DNA of 12,329 nucleotides from Escherichia coli (GTDB lineage Bacteria; Pseudomonadota; Gammaproteobacteria; Enterobacterales; Enterobacteriaceae): NCBI RefSeq assembly GCF_003334315.1, contig NZ_QOWR01000084.1; one strand, 5' to 3'. Shown piece by piece: positions 1 to 12,329 of this stretch (position 1 is its first letter; each line of letters starts with the position of its first letter). The notes under the pieces were generated by a model. It saw only the letters and a program-made list of their open reading frames with translations, ran no database searches and was not told where the DNA came from. The position numbers and the translations under genes were made by a program.

Positions 1-70
1 CGCGAGGCATCGTCTTAACGAGGCACCGAGGCGTCGCATTCTTCAGATGGTTCAACCCTTAAGTTAGCGC

Positions 71-5534
<5,464 letters not shown>

Positions 5535-5570
5535 TGCCACATTCCTTGTGTATAGCCAGCCATTTTTTAC

Positions 5571-5596
5571 GGGCACAGCCAAACTTTACCGTGCCC
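5571..5596. promoter_or_regulatory. Imperfect inverted repeat GGGCACAG-N10-CCGTGCCC in the yfaA leader; candidate operator or 5' UTR stem-loop
   Basis: Seen: 8-bp arms with 7/8 complementarity separated by 10 bp, 37-62 nt upstream of the yfaA ATG. On the minus-strand transcript the mismatch becomes a G-U wobble, giving a contiguous 8-bp stem. No U-tract follows on that strand, so not a typical intrinsic terminator. Confidence 0.3.
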
Positions 5597-5602
5597 TAAT
5601 AC

Positions 5603-5630
5603 GACAAAAGCCCAGACTTTGCAGCCTGGA
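5603..5630 (-). terminator. Candidate rho-independent terminator downstream of gyrA (stem-loop plus CUUUUGUCGUAUU tail on the minus-strand transcript)
   Basis: Seen: the minus-strand RNA UCCAGGC-UGCAAA-GUCUGGG can form a 7-bp stem (two G-U pairs) immediately followed by a U-rich run; it lies 53-80 nt past the gyrA stop. Confidence 0.35.
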
Positions 5631-5645
5631 CTTTTCAATTCAAAC

Positions 5646-5663
5646 AAGGGAGATAGCTCCCTT
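5646..5663 (-). terminator. Candidate gyrA terminator hairpin (perfect 7-bp stem AAGGGAG/CTCCCTT, 4-nt loop)
   Basis: Seen: perfect palindrome 20 nt downstream of the gyrA stop codon. On the minus strand it is followed by GUUUGAAUUG (moderately U-rich); on the plus strand by UUUUGG, so it could act in both directions. Confidence 0.4.
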
Positions 5664-5682
5664 TTGGCATGAAGAAGTAAAA

Positions 5683-8310
5683 TTATTCTTCTTCTGGCTC
5701 GTCGTCAACGTCCACTTCCGGAGCGATTTCATCGTCCCCTTCCGCGGCACTGCCGTCGATGGTATCCAGATCTTCCTCGTCAACCGGTTCAGCAACACGT
5801 TGCAGACCCACTACGTTTTCATCTTCCGCAGTACGGATGAGGATCACGCCCTGGGTGTTACGGCCCACGATGCTGATTTCCGAAACGCGAGTACGTACCA
5901 GCGTACCGGCATCGGTGATCATCATGATCTGGTCGCAGTCATCTACCTGTACCGCGCCAACAACTAAACCGTTACGTTCGGTAACCTTGATGGAGATAAC
6001 CCCTTTCGTCGCACGCGACTTGGTTGGGTATTCCGCCACTGCGGTACGTTTACCGTAACCGTTTTGCGTTGCGGTGAGGATTGCGCCATCGCCACGAGGC
6101 ACGATCAGAGAGACGACTTTATCGCCTTCACCTAAGCGAATACCGCGAACACCGGTGGTGTTGCAGCCCATCGCACGGACAGAAGACTCTTTAAAGCGCA
6201 CCACTTTACCTTCAGCGGAGAACAGCATTACTTCGTCTTCGCCGCTGGTCAGGTCAACGCCGATCAGCTCATCGCCGTCAACCAGTTTGATCGCCACTTT
6301 ACCGGCGGTACGCAGACGGTTGAACTCGGTGAGGACAGTTTTCTTCACGGTACCGTTAGCGGTCGCCATGAAGACTTTCACGCCTTCTTCAAACTCGGTC
6401 ACTGGCAGGATCGCAGTGATACGTTCGTCCTGCTCCAGCGGCAGCAGGTTGACGATCGGACGACCGCGCGCGCCACGAGTGGCTTCCGGCAACTGATAAA
6501 CTTTCATCGAATAGACGCGACCACGGCTGGAGAAGCACAGAATATGGTCGTGAGTGTTCGCCACCAGCAGTCGGTCGATAAAGTCTTCTTCTTTAATACG
6601 TGCGGCAGATTTACCTTTCCCGCCACGACGCTGCGCTTCGTATTCAGAAAGCGGCTGATACTTAACGTAGCCCTGGTGAGAGAGCGTCACGACCACATCT
6701 TCCTGGGTGATCAGATCTTCCAGGTTGATGTCTGCGCTGTTGGCGGTGATTTCAGTACGACGTTTGTCACCGAACTGTTCACGAACCAGCTCCAGCTCTT
6801 CACGGATCACTTCCATCAGACGATCGGCGCTACCAAGAATACGCAACAGTTCCGCGATCTGATCCAGCAGCTCTTTGTATTCGTCGAGCAGTTTTTCGTG
6901 CTCAAGACCGGTCAGTTTCTGCAAACGCAGATCCAGAATCGCCTGAGCTTGCTGTTCGGTCAGGTAGTACAGACCATCACGCACGCCGAACTCTGGCTCC
7001 AGCCATTCCGGACGCGCAGCATCGTCGCCAGCACGTTCGAGCATCGCGGCAACGTTGCCCAGCTGCCACGGATTAGCAACCAGCGCAGTTTTCGCTTCTG
7101 CAGGCGTCGGCGCATGACGGATCAGTTCGATGATCGGGTCGATGTTCGCCAGCGCCACGGCTAATGCTTCAAGGATATGAGCACGATCGCGAGCTTTACG
7201 CAGTTCGAAAATAGTACGACGGGTCACCACTTCACGGCGGTGACGAACAAACGCCGCGATGATGTCTTTCAGGTTCATGATCTTCGGCTGACCATGGTGC
7301 AATGCCACCATGTTGATACCGAAAGAAACCTGCAACTGGGTCTGGGAGTAGAGGTTGTTGAGCACAACTTCACCGACCGCATCGCGTTTCACTTCAATCA
7401 CGATGCGCATACCGTCTTTGTCAGACTCGTCACGCAGCGCGCTGATGCCTTCCACGCGTTTTTCTTTTACCAGTTCCGCAATCTTCTCGATCAGGCGCGC
7501 TTTGTTTACCTGATACGGAATTTCGTGGACGATAATGGTTTCACGACCGGTTTTGGCGTCAACTTCCACTTCTGCGCGAGCGCGGATATACACCTTGCCG
7601 CGACCGGTACGGTAAGCTTCTTCAATACCGCGACGACCGTTAATGATTGCCGCCGTCGGGAAGTCCGGCCCCGGGATGTGTTCCATCAGCCCTTCAATGC
7701 TGATGTCTTCATCATCAATATACGCCAGACAACCGTTGATGACTTCCGTCAGGTTGTGCGGCGGGATGTTGGTTGCCATACCTACGGCGATACCGGAAGA
7801 ACCGTTCACCAGCAGGTTAGGAATTTTGGTTGGCATGACGTCCGGAATTTTTTCCGTGCCGTCATAGTTATCAACGAAATCGACCGTCTCTTTTTCGAGA
7901 TCGGCCATCAGTTCATGGGCAATTTTCGCCAGACGGATTTCCGTATAACGCATTGCCGCCGCAGAGTCGCCGTCGATAGAACCGAAGTTACCCTGACCGT
8001 CTACCAGCATATAACGCAGCGAGAATGGCTGCGCCATGCGGACGATCGTGTCATAGACCGCCGAGTCACCATGGGGATGGTATTTACCGATTACGTCACC
8101 AACGACACGGGCAGATTTTTTATAGGCTTTGTTCCAGTCATTGCCTAGTACGTTCATGGCGTAAAGTACGCGACGGTGTACCGGCTTCAGGCCATCTCGG
8201 ACATCTGGCAGCGCACGGCCAACAATGACCGACATCGCATAATCCAGATAGGAGCTCTTCAGCTCTTCCTCAATGTTGACCGGTGTAATTTCTCTCGCAA
8301 GGTCGCTCAT
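5683..8310 (-). CDS. gyrA: DNA gyrase subunit A (type IIA topoisomerase), complete, 875 aa
   Basis: Seen: 875-aa ORF with canonical GyrA N-terminus [47 protein letters not shown], quinolone-resistance-determining region [19 protein letters not shown], catalytic Tyr122 in [11 protein letters not shown], and acidic C-terminal tail ending DDEPEEE. Length and sequence match E. coli GyrA from memory. Confidence 0.99.
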
Positions 8311-8354
8311 CTAACCGCTATCCCTCTACTGTATCCCGGATTCAAAGGTCGCAA

Positions 8355-8363
8355 ATTATAACA
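8355..8363 (-). promoter_or_regulatory. gyrA: gyrA promoter extended -10 element (TGT-TATAAT on the minus strand)
   Basis: Seen: minus-strand reading of 8355-8365 is TGTGTTATAAT, i.e. a perfect TATAAT with an upstream TG (extended -10), about 45 nt upstream of the gyrA ATG. No good -35 hexamer at 17 bp spacing (nearest is TTTACC at 19 bp). Memory: consistent with the known supercoiling-sensitive gyrA promoter. Confidence 0.6.
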
Positions 8364-8394
8364 CAGCCGCGCAGTTTGAGGTAAACCTATACGC

Positions 8395-8422
8395 TTTATT
8401 CACATCCAATGCCTGATATACT
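8395..8422 (+). promoter_or_regulatory. ubiG: Tentative ubiG promoter (-10 TATACT at 8417-8422; weak -35 TTTATT at 8395-8400)
   Basis: Seen: hexamer TATACT 35 nt upstream of the ubiG ATG, with a poor -35 at 16 bp spacing. Sequence resemblance only. Confidence 0.2.
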
Positions 8423-8456
8423 CGTTTGTCTTGCCAATTACGGAGTAGAAGTGCCA

Positions 8457-9179
8457 ATGAATGCCGAAAAATCGCCGGTAAACCATAACGTAGACCACGA
8501 AGAGATCGCTAAATTTGAAGCCGTCGCCTCCCGCTGGTGGGATCTGGAAGGTGAGTTCAAACCGCTGCACCGCATTAACCCGCTGCGTCTGGGCTATATT
8601 GCCGAGCGTGCTGGCGGTTTATTTGGCAAAAAGGTGCTCGATGTCGGTTGTGGCGGCGGCATTCTGGCCGAGAGTATGGCGCGCGAAGGCGCGACGGTGA
8701 CCGGTCTGGATATGGGCTTTGAGCCATTGCAGGTGGCAAAACTGCACGCACTGGAAAGCGGCATTCAGGTGGATTACGTGCAGGAAACCGTGGAAGAGCA
8801 CGCGGCAAAACATGCCGGGCAGTATGATGTGGTGACCTGCATGGAGATGCTGGAGCACGTCCCCGATCCGCAGTCAGTGGTCAGAGCCTGTGCGCAACTG
8901 GTGAAACCAGGCGGCGATGTCTTTTTCTCGACACTTAACCGCAACGGCAAGTCATGGCTGATGGCGGTGGTTGGTGCGGAATATATTTTGCGCATGGTGC
9001 CCAAAGGCACGCATGATGTGAAGAAGTTTATTAAACCGGCAGAATTGCTGGGCTGGGTGGATCAGACCAGTTTAAAAGAGCGGCATATCACTGGGCTGCA
9101 TTACAACCCGATCACTAATACTTTTAAACTCGGCCCCGGCGTGGATGTGAACTATATGCTGCACACGCAGAATAAGTGA
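8457..9179 (+). CDS. ubiG: Ubiquinone biosynthesis O-methyltransferase (bifunctional 3-demethylubiquinone 3-O-methyltransferase / 2-polyprenyl-6-hydroxyphenol methylase), 240 aa
   Basis: Seen: ORF beginning [29 protein letters not shown], with SAM-binding glycine-rich motif [17 protein letters not shown] lies 11 nt upstream of the ATG at 8457. The track ORF starts 48 nt earlier (ATG 8409) with no SD; I take 8457 as the start, matching the 240-aa E. coli UbiG from memory. Confidence 0.95.
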
Positions 9180-9202
9180 GGTTGATGTTTGGCCGCGCCA
9201 AT

Positions 9203-9285
<83 letters not shown>

Positions 9286-9306
9286 ACCGTGCCGACTAGA
9301 CAGTGA

Positions 9307-12300
9307 TTACCATTTCACCGTCATCGACAAAAACCCTGCCGTCTGGGCAAAATCATCACTCCCTTTCTGCCACGCCACGCTGCCGCGCAGGGACACTCGC
9401 TGACTGATATTGCCCGTGACTCCCACTTTTATTTCACCCCGTTGCTTCACCGCATCGTCACTGATAGTGCTGCCATCCTCTTCAATTTCCGTCGAATGGG
9501 GATCGTGATAATAATTCAGATCTAATGTTGGTATGACATGAACAGCGGTACGCCATTCGCTGTGTAAACCCAGCCGCGTCTGAATATCATCACCCTGCGA
9601 TTGTGACACGCGCGCACGGTTAGCGGCGGTAAAATCATCCTGCTGCACGCCCTGATAAATCACCTGCGCCTGCGGTTCAATCACCACACCACGCCCCGGT
9701 AACCACTGATACCCCGCCTCCAGCGAGGCGATAATCCCCGACGAGTGGTAATGATCTGTGCCATCTTCTTGTTCGGAAACATCATTGCTAAACCACGCGT
9801 ATTGCAGCCAGCTATCCAGCCAGGCCCCTTGCTTCTGATTACCGTGCTGAAACCAGCTTGATGTCAGCCCAACGGCATAACCGTGGTTCTGGTTATCGGC
9901 GCGAGTTCCGGTCATATTCGAGCGGCTGTCGCCCTGGTTATCGCTGTAGCCACCAACAATCCCAAGCATCCACTCGCCATCCGTGCCCCAGCGCCCGCTA
10001 AACAGATCGCCGCTAAGTTGCACCGTAGAAGTGTCTTCATGTTGAGCCAGTTGCCCCGCTGCTGTGTAATGATAATCTCCGCCGATAACACGTAAATTCA
10101 GCGTCTGACCATCGCCACCTGCGTGATCGCGTCGCTCCATCATAAACGCCTGATTTGCCGCCCGCAGGTTATTGAGATAACCGCCAACTTTGGCATTCAA
10201 CACCGGCTGGTAAGCAGGCGTAGGTTCCGGGTCGGGTGTTGGATCAGGATCCGGCGTGGGATCAGGATCGGGAGTCGGGTCTGGATCAGGTGGCGATGGC
10301 GGCGTTACTTCTTGCGATCGCAGATACCAGTCGTTGTTATCTTCCACCAGCGTGTAGTCATACGCTCCCATATTGACGTAGCCGCTGCCTGCCAGACTGA
10401 ACTGCGCATTGTTTTGAAACTGCGTGGGATCAGCTGCGAAATCAACCACTTTAATGCCTGTCGATGTCGGCTCACCAATCCCTGTAATGGAGTTAACCAC
10501 CACAGTTGTGTTGCCAGCAGTATTACCGTTCATCACCAATTGATCACTTACCGAGTCATCGCCGTTTAATTCGCTATCGAGCAGTAGCGTACCGCCGCCG
10601 GTATAATCACCGTTTACCGTCAGCGTATCGCCAGCGACGCCATTTTGCAGGCTAACCGCACCGGACGTATTGGTCAGATTGCCATTAACCGTCACGTTGG
10701 AAAGATAAGTCAGGCTGTCAGTTTCAAGGTTGGTATTAAGCTCACCTGTCAACGTCACACCATCGGTGGCATTCACCAGCGTCCCATCGCCGTTAAATAG
10801 TGAGGCATTAAGGGCGACGGAAGTATCCTGCCCGGTCAGGCGCAAAACCGTACCATCGCTGATGTCGATAGTGCCGCTGGAAATAGCATCAATTGACTGA
10901 ATATCCTGATCCGCGCCAGTAACGAACGTTGCCCCATCACCAACCCACAGTGACGAAGCATAAGGAAGGATATCAGCAACATCACCTTTCAGGGTGCCTT
11001 CTTCGACACGTACCGCCGACTGCGTTGTACCGCTGGCGGTCAGCTCCAGTGTACCAGCCCCCGTTTTAGTCAATGTGCTACCCTCATCCTGATGCTGCCC
11101 GCTGCTGTCAGCCATCAGTGCGCCCCACTGCGTGTCTACCCCCGCATCAACTGCCACTTCACCGTCGGCGCGCATTTCAATATCACGTCCGTGGCCTGCC
11201 GCATCTGAACGCGTGTCAACGTCGGAGGTAATCTCCATCACGCTTTCTTGTTGCTTATCGGTAAAGATAACCTGGCGGTTATAGTGGGTATCTCCAAGCT
11301 GCGAGTTGTCGCTCACCATCAGCGTACCGGAGGCGATTTGTGTTGTGCCCAAATAACTATTATTGTTTGCCAGACTTACCTGCCCGTCGCTCGCATCGAC
11401 CACCACGTAGACGCCATCTTTCCCGTCGCCGCCGATATGCAAATTGTCGCCACCTGCAAGATCTACCACATCCTGACTGCCGATAACCGTTCCGCTGCTG
11501 CCACTGACTTCAAGGCCATCGTTGTATGATGTGCCGCTCTGCCAGGTGGAGAAATCAGAGAGATCGAGCACACCGCCGTTTAACACGATCGACTGCGGAT
11601 CGTCCTGGAGAGCGGTAAGATCTGCCGCGTCGCCTTCCAGCGAAAGCACCGCACCATCATCAACGACTATATCGCCGGTTAGCGCCATCGACTGCGCCCC
11701 TGCCAGCACGTAGCTGCCGTTTTGCGCAATGGTGAGCTGACCAGCACCTTCGATGATGCCAGCAAAACTGCCCTGATTAACAGTAACGTTGCCACCAGCA
11801 TCGATATTTAAAGTGCCATTCTGAAAGCCCGTCAATGCGTGCACAAAAGTTTGTTGGGTCGAGCCAACGTTTAGCTCAGCCTGATTCTGATACTGATCAA
11901 TACTCCCTATCGTCAGACCGTAGCAGTCTTGCGGATCGTCCTGGCAATGCGTATCGCCGACATTCATCAGGGAGTTGCTGCGGCCCAGGGTAACTTCACC
12001 GTTTTCAATCTGCATCTCACCAGTAAAGTCATTGTTATCTGCATTAAGTACCAGATCGCCGGAACCTGTTTTGGTGATTAACCCGGTACCAGCAATAGAG
12101 TCAACAGCTCCGTCATTCTCTGTATTGCCAATAACCAGCGTTTTTCCGTCGGCAATATCAAAGGTAACTTCACTTAAGCCGAGATACATAAAGCCACCCG
12201 CCGCAGAGGAAGGACCATCTCCATAGCCTGCTGCGCTATTGTTCTCATCGACTAGACTGGCCCCCTGAATCTCCAGACAGTTGGTATCACTTAAGTTAGT

Positions 12301-12329
12301 GATAGTCTTAATACTAGTTTTTAGACTAG
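9307..12329 (-). CDS. yfaL: Autotransporter adhesin (type Va secretion), partial: C-terminal ~1007 codons; N-terminus lies beyond the window end
   Basis: Seen: the minus-strand frame is open from the window end (12329) to TAA at 9307-9309, so the track start at Met 12189 is internal. Passenger-type glycine-rich beta-helix repeats (GTGLITKTGSGDLVLNADNN, LTKTGAGTLELT), a Pro/Asp/Thr linker (PPSPPDPDPTPDPDPTPDPDPTPDPEPTP), and a beta-barrel domain ending in the aromatic terminus MTVKW. Memory: position downstream of ubiG matches E. coli yfaL. Confidence 0.88.
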   Translation of the reverse strand, partial: SLKTSIKTITNLSDTNCLEIQGASLVDENNSAAGYGDGPSSAAGGFMYLGLSEVTFDIADGKTLVIGNTENDGAVDSIAGTGLITKTGSGDLVLNADNNDFTGEMQIENGEVTLGRSNSLMNVGDTHCQDDPQDCYGLTIGSIDQYQNQAELNVGSTQQTFVHALTGFQNGTLNIDAGGNVTVNQGSFAGIIEGAGQLTIAQNGSYVLAGAQSMALTGDIVVDDGAVLSLEGDAADLTALQDDPQSIVLNGGVLDLSDFSTWQSGTSYNDGLEVSGSSGTVIGSQDVVDLAGGDNLHIGGDGKDGVYVVVDASDGQVSLANNNSYLGTTQIASGTLMVSDNSQLGDTHYNRQVIFTDKQQESVMEITSDVDTRSDAAGHGRDIEMRADGEVAVDAGVDTQWGALMADSSGQHQDEGSTLTKTGAGTLELTASGTTQSAVRVEEGTLKGDVADILPYASSLWVGDGATFVTGADQDIQSIDAISSGTIDISDGTVLRLTGQDTSVALNASLFNGDGTLVNATDGVTLTGELNTNLETDSLTYLSNVTVNGNLTNTSGAVSLQNGVAGDTLTVNGDYTGGGTLLLDSELNGDDSVSDQLVMNGNTAGNTTVVVNSITGIGEPTSTGIKVVDFAADPTQFQNNAQFSLAGSGYVNMGAYDYTLVEDNNDWYLRSQEVTPPSPPDPDPTPDPDPTPDPDPTPDPEPTPAYQPVLNAKVGGYLNNLRAANQAFMMERRDHAGGDGQTLNLRVIGGDYHYTAAGQLAQHEDTSTVQLSGDLFSGRWGTDGEWMLGIVGGYSDNQGDSRSNMTGTRADNQNHGYAVGLTSSWFQHGNQKQGAWLDSWLQYAWFSNDVSEQEDGTDHYHSSGIIASLEAGYQWLPGRGVVIEPQAQVIYQGVQQDDFTAANRARVSQSQGDDIQTRLGLHSEWRTAVHVIPTLDLNYYHDPHSTEIEEDGSTISDDAVKQRGEIKVGVTGNISQRVSLRGSVAWQKGSDDFAQTAGFLSMTVKW
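10216..10287 (-). repeat. yfaL: In-frame tandem 18-bp repeat (4 imperfect units) encoding (DPDPTP)3-DPEPTP in the YfaL linker
   Basis: Seen: minus-strand units GATCCAGACCCGACTCCC / GATCCTGATCCCACGCCG / GATCCTGATCCAACACCC / GACCCGGAACCTACGCCT, head to tail. Confidence 0.8.

Noticed and set aside
5535-5582. TTG-initiated 16-codon 5' extension of yfaA, as in the ORF track
   Set aside because: The internal ATG at 5532-5534 has a strong AAGGAA ribosome-binding site at ideal spacing. The extension would also run through the inverted repeat and into the gyrA terminator region.
7177-8148. 323-aa plus-strand ORF, with further 206-aa (6544-7164), 140-aa (6074-6496) and 99-aa (5759-6058) plus-strand ORFs, all inside gyrA
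   Set aside because: They lie entirely antisense to a clearly genuine, highly conserved gyrA. They have no ribosome-binding sites, and their odd composition (rich in Phe, His, Arg, Thr, Val) is what the reverse complement of a codon-biased gene produces. Long antisense open frames are expected opposite such genes.
8409-8456. Upstream ATG extending ubiG by 16 codons ([16 protein letters not shown])
   Set aside because: There is no Shine-Dalgarno sequence ahead of 8409, the extension would run into the divergent gyrA promoter, and the ATG at 8457 gives the 240-aa UbiG with GGAG upstream.
8533-8540. Chi site GCTGGTGG on the plus strand inside ubiG, and its complement CCACCAGC at 11792-11799 inside yfaL
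   Set aside because: Chi octamers occur every few kilobases in E. coli-type genomes. Two in 12 kb is the background expectation, not a recombination feature specific to this locus.
8515-9010. Several 61-79-aa ORFs on both strands overlapping ubiG (8515-8700 plus; 8575-8808, 8619-8858 and 8774-9010 minus)
   Set aside because: They are out-of-frame or antisense to the well-supported ubiG frame, Arg/Pro/His-rich, and lack start contexts. I judge them to be frame-shadow ORFs.
10123-10569. 148-aa plus-strand ORF rich in Arg, Trp and Ile (…RGIRIGSRVWIRWRWRRYF…)
   Set aside because: It is antisense to the yfaL Pro/Asp/Thr repeat and beta-barrel region. The repetitive RW/IR pattern is just the complement of the DPDPTP-coding repeat, not a peptide signal.

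Overview
This 12.3-kb window reads as an enterobacterial (Escherichia coli-type) core-chromosome segment centred on gyrA; gene names are recognised from memory of the protein sequences and gene order, not from any search. In + coordinate order: (1) the N-terminal ~1078 codons of an alpha-2-macroglobulin-family gene (yfaS, minus strand), whose frame ends at two in-frame TAA codons near the window start and which is probably a disrupted gene; (2) yfaT (minus); (3) yfaA (minus); (4) a 148-bp spacer with two candidate stem-loop terminators and an inverted repeat; (5) gyrA, DNA gyrase subunit A (minus, complete, 875 aa, wild-type S83/D87); (6) a 146-bp divergent promoter region with an extended -10 element for gyrA; (7) ubiG, ubiquinone O-methyltransferase (plus, 240 aa); (8) a REP/BIME palindromic repeat between convergent genes; (9) the C-terminal ~1000 codons of the autotransporter adhesin yfaL (minus, runs off the window end). 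I see no CRISPR array, tRNA/rRNA, insertion sequence or integrase. The most system-like part is the tightly coupled yfaA-yfaT-yfaS envelope cluster, an alpha-2-macroglobulin-associated gene set whose function is still poorly defined; it is a known but uncharacterised cluster rather than a new one, and here it looks partly degenerate.
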